A DNA stretch of 64,000 nt from the human T2T-CHM13v2.0 reference genome, Homo sapiens: assembly GCF_009914755.1 (NCBI RefSeq), contig NC_060929.1; one strand, given 5' to 3'. Made by a program: the position numbers and the translations under genes. The notes beneath the pieces are model-generated. The model had not been told where the DNA came from, searched no databases, and was given only the letters and a program-made list of their open reading frames with translations. Below, one piece after another: positions 43,551 through 58,700 of the stretch (positions are counted from its first letter, which is position 1; each line of letters begins with the position of its first letter).

Positions 43551-43760
43551 TAGGCGGAGTATTCCTAGTCTGAAAATATGAAATCTAAAATGCTGAAAAA
43601 CCCAAAATTTTTTGACACCCAAAGGAAATTCTCATTAGAGCATTCCAGAATTCAGATTCAGTGGTCAAGGGGTATAATGCAAATATTCCAAAATCCAGAA
43701 CAACATGAAATCTACAACACTTCTGGTTCCAAGCATTTCAGATAAGGAATACTCAACCTG
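43551..43760. mobile_element. Tigger4/MER46 (TcMar) MITE in intron 2
   Basis: Termini taggcggagtattcct ... ggaatactcaacctg, internal aatgcaaatattccaaaatc and ttctggttccaagcatttcagataagg. Confidence 0.8.
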
Positions 43761-46700
43761 TGTATATCTAATAATAATTTTGGGAAAGTGGAGGGTAAGT
43801 CTAATATAAGTATATTTAACATGATTTGTATGGAAAAATGTAGAGAGTAATAAAATGACCACAGAACTCGGCTGAGAAGAAACCATTGTTTTTATAACCT
43901 GGTATCTACCTCTTGGTTTCCTCTCCAGGATCGCTGTGGCCAAAGCTGAAACCCAATCCTATAGTTAGTATAAAAGTAAAGGGATTTCACTTCCTTTGTG
44001 GGTAGTGTCATTTGTAGCATTAATGCCTATAGTCTGGTTCGCCTTCATGAGGGGGAAGAAAAATTCACTGAATACTTTGCTTAAATGGAAACCACCTTCA
44101 TTCAAAAACCACTTATTGCTTATTGGAGATGGTCCATACTTGCGCTTCAGGCACAGCTGTGTCTTTAAGGTTTATCTTCTGTTCGGTTTCACACAGAGAC
44201 AAGCCTTATGCTCAGCTTTGCTGTTATCAGCTTTGTCAAATACCGGTTTCCTCACTAGTAAATCACACGCATTTTTCTTTTTTCTCTTGTGTAGTCTTCT
44301 TTCTTAGGGTCTAAGAAGGGAATGGGAAGGAATGGTTTAAGATGGGTGGGCCTAACTGCAGTAGTTATATATTGAGGAGACCTGACTGGCATCACAGGAT
44401 ATTTCTGGAAGAGATTCTGATACCACTAGTAAGCTATTATACCTTCTTTAATGTTGCCTTATTCTAACACAAGTGAATAAGACAATGAGAACAGAGAAAC
44501 AGAATGCAAGGGTAAGAGCTGCCTTTCAGTATTGAGTAGTAATAGATTGGGAATATTGTGTTAAAATCAAGGAATTTATTAATGATACCTGAAGGGAAGC
44601 CCTTTTCTTTCCCATACCCAGCCCAAAGGGATACTTATTTCATAAATGTTATACTTTATAATGTTCAAATAATATCTTTTATTATATTGTTCAAAAGCCA
44701 AAGTTAATTTTTCTTTGCAGATCAATCAAAAAACCATGACTCTCCGCACATACATAAGTGATTTTATCAACCATTGCAGCACTTAGCAGATTGAAGATAC
44801 ATACGTAATCGTTTTTCTCCACCAAGTTATATATTTTCACCTTTTATTTTTTTTAAGTTAAAAACGCTTTCTTCAGTAGCCTAATTCCAAAGGAAAAGTG
44901 ATTTAATTTTTCCGAGAATACAGAGCTTTACAGAATCATAAAAATAGTTGAATTAGAGAAGATTATTTAAAAGGTGGAATAAGGGCACCTTGTCAAGATT
45001 AGTTACAAAACAATTTTATAAAAGCAGTTTCTAAACAAAATTTGCATTTGATAATTGCTATCAGGTGCAAGTTTCTTTGGCTCTGGTGTACAGAAAAGCA
45101 AGTCTTTCCTTATAGGAAAAGTCATTTTCTCTTTTTATATCCTAAACTATTTTATAATGCTTGCTTTCTCATGTAATGTGATGACAATTGAGATTTTTAG
45201 CAGCTTTTTCATTTTTCTTTAATACATGGAAAGATGGAGTGAAATGAAAATTTTTAGCAGAATTCAAGAAAGAGACCCATGATAATGTGCATAAAAGTAT
45301 TAGAGCCTGAATATAAATGAGAAATTAGTAATAACTGAAAGATTGAAAGGAGAGTGTTGGGGGGGGGTCATGTGGGGAGTATAATACTAAACATTCAATT
45401 TTCTAGAAGTGTTGGTCTTGTATTCTCATTTAAATATTCCTATGAAGCGAGAATTCAATAGCTCCTATGAGTTGCATGTTGAATTCATATGGAAAGTAGT
45501 TATAAGGACAAATTTTATATGTTAGAACCTGTGAGACTAGTTTCTTTTGCCTCCGTTTGTATTTCTTTGAAAAGCTTTTGCAGTGACAAATTGTGTGAAG
45601 GCAAGAAATGATAGTTCTGTTCTATTCTTACCATAATTGAATTCTTTAGTTCTTTTCTTTTTTTTTCCTTTTAACACCCTCCACCTCCACCTGACTTAGC
45701 CAGTTTTTCATGTTATGCTGTGTTTATTGCATTTAGAAGGTTATTCCTCACCAACCCCCACCCCAGGTCTAGGAACCACATGCAGTTTTGTTTTGTGGAC
45801 TTGGCACACCTCGTTAATGGGCAGCAGGGTAGACAGAGGGTGCGAGGACAGCCTGCATGCCAATTGTGTGTCTGTGTCCTGCTGAGCCTTGCTGCCCTCT
45901 CTGTTTTTAAAAGGAAATTGTCCTTAGACTCTGGCCAAGAGTACGTTCTGTGAGAGATTCCTCCCTGTACGATAGTGTCTTACTTTTCCACTTTGCTTGT
46001 ATGTTCTTGGAAATAAAGCTGTGATATTTAACTTTTTGAGAGAAAGAGTCAAAAACCCATTAGGAAATCTTATATACGGCACTGTACTTTCTTCCAATAC
46101 ATTTTGCATGCAGTTTTTAGGAAGCCCTGGCATATAGATTGAATGAATTGTTTTAATTGGATAATTTTGGATGTTTTTGGACTTAAATACATTCAGTAAG
46201 CATGGTCTGAGTCCTTATTTTGTGCTGGAAAGCAAAGATAAAAGATGAAATCAAGGCTCAAGAGCCAGCATGCCCTGAGATGCTCTCTCATGCCTCTCTT
46301 CCACCTTTGGAGCTGTGCTTTTTCTCCTCTGCTAGTACAGCTCTTCCCCTAGACATCTGCCTGACTGACCCACTCTCACTTCTCTGCTCAAATCTTTCGT
46401 CTCATGGAGTCTGGCTCTACTCACGCTATTCTATGCTGGGACCTACCTCTCTGCTTTTGCAAATCATTGATTACTTAACCCACGATATCGTTTACTTATT
46501 ACGTTTATTGTTCATTGACTGTTCCCTCTGTTAGATTTTAAGCTCCATAAGGGGAGAGATCTTTGTGGTCCCCCATTATCCTAAGTACCTAGGACAGTGT
46601 GGTAGTTTCCCAACATGCTGGTAAACAGGTGCTGCTGCAGCTCATCCTACAGCTATTTCACTTTCTGCATTGCTTTTGAAATTGACCACGTGCTCTGAAT

Positions 46701-49700
46701 GTCATGTGCAGTCATACAAAGCTTAATGGCCCATCTTGTTTTAGAAAATAACAGCTTATTTGTTATCCACATCCTTCATCTGAGGCATCCTGCCTTGGCC
46801 TTAACCATTGCCTGGTATGTCTCCAGAACTCTTTATTTTCTTCCCAGGGCCTGGGACAGGTAGTTCTGCTGGTGGGAAAGTGCATTAAGCTGATAGTACC
46901 TTCAGTCACTTAAGCCAAGTGAGTAGAGGGGCTGTCATGGTCAGCGAATATCCTCAGGGCAAATTCTGTGCCCTTTCTCCCATCCTTTTATCTCCTTCCC
47001 TTTGCATGGGGGCTAAAATTGCCAATATGAGGATGACGTTTTATTTTATTTTTCTACAAGCCAGTAGAGCCCTATGTTATGTTCTTCGGAGAGAACCTCT
47101 TCCATGTTTTGTTTGGATAAAGAGTGTGCTGGGTGTGCAAGGTGGGTGTTACATGTCCTCGGGTGAGGCAGCTATTGAAAGGCAATCTTATGGCTCTTTC
47201 TGCTTTAGCTTGCTCAGATCCTGGCATCCCATCCCGCTACACCAACCCCATTCAGCCAGGGTCCTGTATTTTCTCTTGTACACAACGAAATGAGTTGATT
47301 GAAAATGGGGATATAGGGATATGGGAATAAAAATATATTCCTCTGTCATATGTAAGCCATCCAGTGGGGCTATTTCTCAAGACAGTGGTTTTAACTCATA
47401 CTTTGAGATCCTTTAATTAAAGTCATGCTAATGCAGAATATTTAGACGGGTGAGAGTCTGTGCCCATGTTAGTTTGTGCAGTGCAGTGAAACCTGCTAAC
47501 ACAAGAGATTACTTACTGCATACCCACCTCCATCCTGACCTGCACAACCCTCCCTGGCTCCTCCTGCAGCCTCTGACAGTGGATTTCAGCTGGTTTCAAA
47601 CCTAAGACATAAAGCATGCATTTGACATGGCTTACGCTAAATTTTGATCAAAATCCCTTTTAAACAGAAAGAAAAAGGCCACCATTGGTGTTGGTTTTCA
47701 TGGTTTCCCAAGGCATGTTATTGTTAAATTTTTCACATTCAGCATTTGAGTGTCCCTTCATGGTTGTTGTTCCCTGTCCAGAAAGCAGGGCTGCAATAAA
47801 TCACAAACATTGACTACACTGTACAGAGGTCACAGAAAATAGTGACCTGATCCCAAATTACACACCTCTGCTGAGCCCGTTGGTCATAACCTACGCTGTC
47901 TCCTTGAGGCAAATAGTGCTTGTGCAAGTAATTTGCTTTGCTTCACAAATTCCTGCCTTTACGAATTCTGTTTTCTTTCAGAATATACTTTCTCATAACA
48001 TTCTTCACTCTTCCTTCCTACTTAAGTCTTTGCTGTGAACTTGGAGGTTTGTCTTGTTAAGCCCAAGTGATGGGGAAAACCACCCAATTTATGGTGCTGA
48101 CTGCTCATTCTGCATCTATCGACCACTCTGTTTTTGCGAGAAAGTTGGGTCAGTTACAGGATCTTAGAAGATAAGGGCCTTTGAGCTCTGTCTCTAACTT
48201 CTGACCACAAGAAAAGTTCATCAGGACATTATGGAGATTTTTACCCAGGCATGAAAATTTAAGTGTTTGCCCTCTGTGTTTCAGTAGGAAATGAAATATA
48301 TTTCTACTGAAATATAATTGATTAAAGAGTGTGTCTGGAAAAAACAAATGTGCTAATTATTTTGAATAAAATCAGATTAGCCTAACCACTTAGGGTCACA
48401 GAATATGTCATTTGCATATTAAATTACTTATTGCAACACAGTTCACCCTCTCATGAGCATTTATATTCTCAATACATTCTTGATTTTTTAAAAACATTTT
48501 TTCTGTTAACTTTGTTTCCCTAAAAATGTGTAAGAGAAAGGAAAGTAGCCCTAATTAGCGATTTGTGTATCCGTGGTTTTTTGAAAATGAAATTGACAAA
48601 AAGAGACAGGATGCTCACTTTTATTGCTTTTTGCAGGAGGGTTCTTACCCTGAGCTGGCCTGGCCACTTTAGGAATTCACAGGCACGCTCTGAGGGGCCT
48701 GTGAGTAGGGAGGCTCTCTTACCCAGAGGGGAGAGGAAGGCATTTCTCCCTCCTTCCCTCAGTCTGTTATTTGAAGGGAATCACTTGAACTGCTCTCCTA
48801 GAGCTGCGGTGACAGTTAAGTCCAGGGTTGCAGAATAAGACAGTATTTGAGGAGAAGAAGCTTTCTGCCAGGTGTCTGTTTCTGCCTCTGTCCTTTAGAA
48901 TCACAGGGTTATGGTAGGCAAGTTATATTTTCTTATTTAAGTGAAATGTTTGTTCAGATGCTTTTGTTAAGGCTTCTGTTCTATACACTTCTTTCTGTGT
49001 TCTTTTTTCAAAAATGGGAAAAGGGTCCAGTGTCCTTATATGTATATCCTAAGTAAAGCCCTCACACACCTCTGATTCAAATAGGAGTTATTTAATTAGA
49101 GGGAGCATATTTTGTTTTCTGGCAACTAAGTTAATGTTGATATTCTAATACAATTTTCTTTGTTATAAATATGGAACTCTCTATTTAACTTGTCAATAGA
49201 TTCTTTGATAAATTTGATGTCAGTCTTCTCTGGTTTCTAGGTGATGCATCTTTGTCTACAACAAGAGACATTCTGATTAGTAAGAATTTCTTCTCTGAGT
49301 TAGAAAAAAAATTAGAAATTCTGAAATTCAACAACAAATGCTGACTTACATCTGCTAAGTAGCACCCAAAAAGGGGAGAATTTTTTACCTATGGCAAATA
49401 AGAGTGCCAAATGTGACATCATTTACATATCCATGTTTTGATTAGTAAAAACCAAACAGATGTTAGCAGTACAGCTGGCTCTTGCATATATGTGTATCTT
49501 TGTTGCTAACAGATTTCCATGGGGAAGGATGTAGCACTGGTCTGAAGTCTCAGATAGGAGAAGATAACATGGTGTGATAGCTTGAAATGAGGAGCATAAT
49601 TGCATGATGGATTATATCTGAATGTTTTGAGGTCTTGAGTTTATAGCATTCGATATCAAAGCAGTCCTTAGGCTTTCAATAGAGGAGGACACATGGAGGG

Positions 49701-51333
49701 GGACAAAGTGAACTAGAAATGGGCTTTATTTCAATTGCTTGGGTATAGTGTACCTAAAATGTCAAGTTGTTTAACAGAATATCAGACTACTTTATAAATG
49801 TGTTATTCCTTCTTACCAATTTATGTAATATTTTATTTTTACTATGAAAATTCCATGCAGTATACAAACAGTACGTGGAATTGTAGTAGAAACATTGTTA
49901 AAATATAACTTTGAATTAAAAACAAAACATGGTATACATTGTTATATAATGGATAACATAGTGTATACATTGTTAAAATATATCCTTGCAATTAAAAACA
50001 AAACAAATCAGCTGCAAACCTTTGTTTAATTATGTATGCAGAACTTTCTCCCAATGGCTTTATACCACCTAAGGCATGGCTGTGATTTTCAGGAATACCC
50101 TCTCTGGACTGTTTCTTGCTTGGAGGTGTTTGCGATGTATTTGTATTTGTCTGTCTATCTATTCTCAGTTGGTAGATTATGTAATGCCTATAGATTATTC
50201 TGTCCTGTCACAGTTTGATTCATTTTGAAGTTATAACTGTGAATTTATTACAGCGTATTGCAGGAGACGTAATTTGATGATCAAATCTGATATCCAAGAT
50301 CGTAAAGAATATAGGCATAAATGAAATATAAATCTGTGATATATTATTTGAATCAGAAATTCCACATTGCTTTGCTTTCTATAAATTCCTTAACGTTCTA
50401 GTTCCAGTGTTCTCTAATTGTAAGATGAGAAGCTAAATGCTGTCTCTTTTGAGTTTCAGCAGTTTTTGTTTTAATCCTTCTCTTCCCAATCAGAAGAACT
50501 GTCGGAGAAATAAGACCCAGAAAAATTGGTTCTCACTAGTAGTGTTTCCCCAATAATGCAACCCAGAAGCCCTGTATATGAGAATAAGGGAATGTAGTGA
50601 GAGGATTTATGCAGAGAAACAACCTAGGATGGTTGGAAAGATGTACTTACATGACCTCATTGCACGATCTGATTGGAGACTGGTCCATGGATTGTATGGG
50701 ATTATTGCTTATGAAAGTGCCCACCTGGTATCAAGTTTTTGCAGATGCATGCGGTGTATGGTTTTAAGACATGTTTCACCAGTGTGAATATTTAGGCTCT
50801 ACTTCTGTTGGTGGGCAGTTAGCAATTGCTGGTATCTAAACTGGTTTGAGACTTACTGCCTCATTTGAACAGTATCTGTGCAGTAGCGCTAAACTCGTTG
50901 ACATGATCTGTACTGAGAGTTCCTACAGATTTGTTTCATATATATTTGTTAAATTTTCCAAGGTAAGTAGAGAGTGATGGTTATAACATTTGTTTATTCA
51001 GACCCCTCTAAATCTACCTAAGAGGTAACATGTTAGCATAGGCATTAGACAAGGCTGCATTGTGAAGTCAGAGTGACTGTCTGGGGTTGTCACTGTCATC
51101 TTCCAAGCTTTCTCCTAAAGAAGAAAATTGACATAATGCTCTCAGACTTGGCACATGGGACCAGTGCCACAGCAAGCACTGGTTCTAGCCTGCTACTGGT
51201 TTTTGGTAAAATGCAGTTTTCAGAACTACTCAAGGGTGTAATAAGATTAATTTTTATGATATTAGATATAATATGTTAACTTTTTAGCTATTGTTAATCT
51301 TAAACACTGATGGCTTTATTTTTATTCTATTTA

Positions 51334-51679
<346 letters not shown>

Positions 51680-51992
51680 TCAATGCTTAAGAATTTTTTA
51701 TCAGTAAACAGTTCATTTGAATTTTTTTTTGCATTCTTGTTTCCCAACTATAGAAACATAGCTGAATATTTGTGGCATCATTAATGCATAATTTCAAAGC
51801 ATTTTACACATTGTTAATTAAATCTCACCATGTTCTTTCAGGTAGCAAAAAGTAAGTTTATTTTTGATTCAGAAGTATTTGAAGAAGTTAGAACAAGATG
51901 ATTTTATTGCTAAATAATAAGGAATATCTGTGGAGTACCAAGGAATGAGATATAATGAATTTGGTTAGAGTATATCAAAGTACATATTATAG

Positions 51993-52777
<785 letters not shown>

Positions 52778-55700
52778 CTATAACCGTTTTTGAGATTTAA
52801 AAACTGAAGGTCATGTGATTGTGTAAATATTTAAAAAGTGATCATATTAAAAAATATCATAGTGATGGCACATTGATAAGATTCAAGAACATTTTGGGCA
52901 AGGCAGGCAGTCATGAGGATCTCCTTAAGCAGTCTCTTGTGAAGTGATCGGTAACTGAATTTTGCTTTTTGGGTGGTCTTCAATTATGTCTGCTTTATCT
53001 GTTAGGTTTCACTAGCTATTACATTCATGCAACTCCAGAAATTTACCTCCAATTTATATGTGACTTACAACATTTTCTTATGTCTGGTAAATATTTGAAA
53101 GGATTGAATTACAAAGAGACGGATAAGGCCATGAAGCTAAGACAAAGTTTTGGGTATGTGCATGTAAATGCAATTTTTCTCAGGAAGAAATACACCATGA
53201 TCAGATAACTCAAAAGTTTTATAACCTTGATAAATAGATTTACCTTCGTTTCTGTTGTTTTTGAAGAAGTTAAATGTCTGCTTTAAATGTTTCCCTGAGT
53301 TTCAAGTTTTCTTATTTCAGACTCATAATTATATCATTTTGATTAAAATGGAGCACAGACTGGAGTTATTACTTGCTTAAAAGCCAAAAACTTGAGGGTA
53401 TCCAGCATAAGAATTGTGTGTTTTGGTCTGTGGATAGCAGCTGCTTGAAGTCCATAAAAACAAGAAACCTGAAGTTGATTCAGATGAATCTGAAGTCTTG
53501 TACCTGAATTATGTCAAGGTTAGCAGTAAATGCCATTTAAAAAGACTGAGTACAAATTGCCAAATTCCTTTGAATGCCAAACCATATTTCTCAGGAAAGT
53601 TGGCCACTGCCAAATTTATAACATTTGTGTTTCTGTTACCTGAATTCCAAGGGCAGAGGGGTGATTGAGGGGGTAAGGGAAAGGCACAGGTGAATTTTAT
53701 TTTCAGATGTCTAATAGGACAGTGTGACATTGCCCAGAGATAGTCTCTCAAAGGTAGTGAGTGCCAGCAGAACTTCTCGAATGCGAAGTTGAGAAATTTT
53801 ACTTATTTACTTATTTTCCCATTGAAAAAAAAAAAAAAAACTTTAAATGTTTTCTGAGTTAAAAAGGCCTCTGACTGGTAGTCCTGACACAGCTTCTTGA
53901 GAGTCTCCGAGAGAGCCTCTTCTCAGTACAATTCCTAAGAAGATAGGAAGAAAAAAAAAAATATTCTTAACACATAAAACTAGAATTAGTGGGAAGAAAT
54001 GCCTACTGTAAACTCAACAGAACCGGGGTTAAAAAATATAGGATAAGTTTTGACTACCTAAAAGTAGCAGGGCAGACCCATCTCTTCCCTAACTCTGTCC
54101 ATAATTCAGAAAGGGCCCAGGGAACTGTCCTCAGGAATGCTCTTCCCCCCTCTTCCTTGTCCTCTCCGACAGAGCCTTTCTAATCAGTAGGAGGTCACAA
54201 CTTAGAAAATAACCAGAGAGAGCTGGAATGGTAAGTTAGGGGCTATTACTGTTATATTCTGAGAATCCTGATCCATGAAAATAAAGTGCTGAAGGTGGGG
54301 TAGAGTTAGAAAGACCTGTGTTCACTGAGGGTTTTGAGTATTACAGGCTCTCCATCACTCAGAGCATCAGAAAGTCAGGCGGTGAACGCAGGAGATTTTT
54401 CTCTCAGGCTAACCAAAACCATGTTGAAATGAAAACCACCTTGGAACTGGCCTTTTCATCTCAGACTGCCAAATAACTAGCACCCAAGTGGATCCCTTAG
54501 CTCAGAGCAGTCACCAGGCATGGGTAGGTCTTTCCTTGTTTAGTGATAAACAGGAAAAACCTAACCGAGCCTACTGAACCATGTCCATCTATAAAAGAAA
54601 AAGGGAGATCATACTGGAGATTTGAAAGAAGAGTAGACCTCCAGAACTGATTGATTATAATTTATTTCTGTTATAGTATTTCCACTTAGTATTATGATTT
54701 ATTTCTGTCCCTCATGAAAGGGACAGAAAGTAGTCAGGCGGTTATGAGATGAAAAGACAGTAAGATGGGATGAAATCGGAGTGAAACAATAAAAAAAAGA
54801 CTAAGTTAAAAATGTAATAGCATATTAAAATTCATGTGTAAGGGGGTAATGAGCTGAAAATAAAGTCTGTGTTTTGAAGGAGAAACAAGATAAAGCTCTT
54901 TGGAATCCAAAGGATAAAAACATAAAATGAGGGAGAAGATATATAGAGAGAATATCTAACAGGAGAATTACAAGTGTTGATAAACAGGGAACCAAGTGAA
55001 ATAGAACAACATCATTATAAGAAGTTTTCATGCACGTGTGCAGATTTGAAAGTGTTGCCGTATTTTTCATGTGAAATCAATGAAAAATATGTTTGGGCAT
55101 TTCTATTTAAGAATAATGTTAAAGTACCTTGCCAAAATATCTGGCAAGATATTAGCTACCAGGGAACAAAGTTGTTTTTCTTCTCCTTTCTAGCAATAAA
55201 TGCCAAAAAAAAAAAAAAATAGTGCATTGATTTTAGTAGAGTTTTGAGGAGAAAAGATGGTGACTTAAGAACTTACTGAGCTTCCTCCTTATATGTTATG
55301 TGGAAAGGCAATTGAGAGGCATTCGTTGATAAGCAGGAGCTCAGGAAAGATACACTAAACCTCTTGTTCACGTGGGAGTACCTAAAGGTTGCCTTTTTAT
55401 TGTTAAGCTTTATAATTTAAAAAGGTGTAAATTTAAACTTAATTCATTTTGGTTAACTTCAGTAATTATCAAAATAATAAAACTATAAAGTATGTATCTT
55501 CTAAACACCTAGAAATATATATTCCAAAAGATAGGCAACAAAGAAAGAATAAAAATAATACAGGGAAAATGTTTACTATATATGACTACTTTAAAGAAAT
55601 ACAGACATTAACATATGTATGTACGTATATACACATACATATATACATATAAAATTGACCATATACATATATTTGTGTGTTCAACACACGCATTATTTTT

Positions 55701-58700
55701 CAGGTACTGCACTAACCTTTTATTCCATTGACTTGTTACTTTTCCTAAGAACTCTGTGACACTGGCCTTATTATACCTGTTTTAAAGATAAACAAGTTTA
55801 GTTAGAGATGGCCCAAGGTCACACAGCTAGTGGAGGAGCTGGGATTTGACCCCAAACAGTCTGACTGTTGACCCAATGCTCTTAAGCAACTGTGCAATAC
55901 AGCGAAAGGGGCGCCGGGGGTTAATGTTCACACTGCTTGATGCTGCTGACTTCCGACCAGCCACAAGGCACCCCGGAGCCAAAGGCAGATGACTCCCTGG
56001 CTTGCCAGTGACGTGTGATGCGGTCTGATATGACAAAGTGAGTTAAACAAGCAGATTTTTCCTCTCAGGAAACAGACACAAGAACAACTGAAAAGAATAA
56101 AGCAGATGTGTGAGTTACTATTCCTTACAGCAAAAGAACCTCATCAGAACCGCAGGCTGGAAAGAGGTGATTACTTTTAAAGGGCAGTTCATTCCTCCTG
56201 CATGTTGGAAACTGTGGCTCTTAACTGGCTAAAATTTTAACTTTCAGTGTAGCCCTCACTTGGCTTGTGCTTCTTAATGTTGTAGATAACATTATAGATT
56301 TATATAATATTCAACTTTTATATATATATTACTTATATATAAATGTTTATGTATAAATATATATTTGTATATAATATGTATTCGTATATGATATGTAGTA
56401 AATGTTATATTTAAACCATCATATAGAAAAGCCATTATTGGGTACACTGTACAAATCTGCCTTTATAATTGAGTGTACTGTTCTACTAAAAGCAGCTTTA
56501 GAGAAAGGATTGAAAGCCAGCTCTTTCTACTTCACTAGCCTTCATTGTTTGGATTGGCATTATGTGTACAGTTATATTGTAACTGTCACTTGTGGTCTAA
56601 TCTTCCCCTTAGGGGAAACTTGAGAAACCTGGTCAGCTTTAACATTTAGAGGAAGTTTAAACATATTGGAGCATAAAATTCACAGTTGTTTAACTGAAAC
56701 TCCAGTTCTTGTCAGACCACATCTCTCCAGCCCTTCTGTGATTGGAATCATCTAACTTTGGCCCTCAATAAGGAAAACTTTGACAAGATGCAAAAAATGT
56801 TTACTCTTGTTTTCTTTGCCAGGAACCTGAGTCTGCAGCAGACTCTGAGACCTCTTTGCCTACCCCAAATAAGTGAATTGTCACTGTAACTGTTTTTTAT
56901 CCCCATAACTGCTTTCGGTGAATGCCAATCTAGTTGTTACATGCCTTTAATATTTTGGGTAATTATGTTCTTTAAGAATGAAAATATTTTTTCCTTCCTT
57001 CCTTTCTTCTTTCCTTCCTGGTTTTGTTATAGTCTAGCTGTGAGACCAGTTGCCTTTCATATATTCTAGAAGAGAAGGATGAGGTGAGTTTCACAGTGAT
57101 CTTTTTCCAAAATACAAAACCACTGTCACTCTCCACTTCCCAGGCAACCCCACTCATTCTATTTTCTAGTGAGGGTTTTGCTTAGATGATGACGAGTCTC
57201 TTGATTCAGTGGACTCCTAAGGGACCATCTTTCACCAGCACCAAATGCTGTTTAGTTCACATATTGAAATGTTTTAAATTATAACTTAGCAATTGTAGTT
57301 AGTAATCTTCACATTATATTGTCTCACATTTAATGTATAATTTCCTAAGAGAAGGAAATGGTCCTGGTGGGGGTTAATAGTTATAGTAACTATTAATAAT
57401 ACTGATGACTACTAGTTAATAGTAATTAAGGCCTCCTAAAATGAGAGGAAAAAAAATCTTTTGTTTATAAGGTTTAAAAAGAAGAGTTGATACTTAATAG
57501 TTTTAGTAAAACCCCAGTGCATGTTCGATTAATTTTGTTACTTTATTCTGGGCATGTAGTTGAATAATTACCTGCATTTTTGATTTGCTGAAAAGGTGGT
57601 GGTTACAATTTTTTTGTTTTTTTTTTTTTTACAGTACTGTTTTTAGTTCATTACATTGAGATGCTACATTTTCCTTTTCTTAAATACATGCAAGATGAAA
57701 TGTTTTACCTCTGAGATGAAAAATTTGAAATTTCTTTAATGTGACTCCTTACTAACACAATTGCAGGCAAGCATTGAACATTTGCTTTGTTCCAGGCACC
57801 ATGTGCTGTGTGCTCTACCTACCTAATCTCACTTAGTCCACTTAGTGCTATTTGCAGGTTGAGGCTTAGAAAGAAAAAGAAACTTGCCCAGAGTCCAACA
57901 CTAGTAGCTGGTAAAGAGCTGGTCTTTGCATGCAGCCTCTCTCACTTCAGGATGGGTGCTTCCCAGCACCACACTGTACCACCCTCAAGACGAGTTGCAG
58001 GAGGAAAGGAACCTCTAGTGGTATTAACTAAATCTTAGCAAGTAGTTGCCTGTAAATTGTAGACTTTTAAATACAATCTCACATTTCTGTGATCTTTACC
58101 CATACACCAGTTACCTTCAAACTAATTTAAGAATCTTATAGATATTAAAAATGCTTGATTGGCCAATATCTCATTTCTGTCAAAATCATGTACTAGAAGC
58201 ATGTATCAAATCAGAGACTTATTTATGACAATTTGCACACACATTTGGATAAAATGCATCAACTTCTTTCAAAGTTTACTTGAAATAAAAAGGGAAGAAT
58301 ACGAAGTATCACAGGTTAAAGCAATGCCCTCATTCCATTTAGGCAAAAGTGTTGTGCTATTTGAATAGTGTTAGTTTGAGAATATGGAGTTGTACTCCTT
58401 ATAGCAATTCCAACCTAGAAAAATGTTTGTGTTTTAATTGATGGGTTAGGCAAAAAGTTAATCTTTGCATAGAGGAAAGAAACAGCTCTGACTTAGAGGT
58501 CTTGGGGCTAGAACATGGATCAAGTGTCTGAAGTTTTTCATGTGGCCTCAAGTTGAATCTTGGTCAGAGAATACACGGTGGTCAAACTTCACACCATAGT
58601 CATAATGTATGAAGCCAAAAGAAAAGTCCTAGTTGCTGGGTGCTTCCATTATATCATCAACCTGGGTTTAATGATTTTATTGGAAGCACGACTTCCAGTG

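Noticed and set aside
55893-55920. CTCF-like tgcaatacagcgaaaggggcgcc
   Set aside because: Only the GGGGCGC half matches the core, and the upstream part is the end of a MIR.
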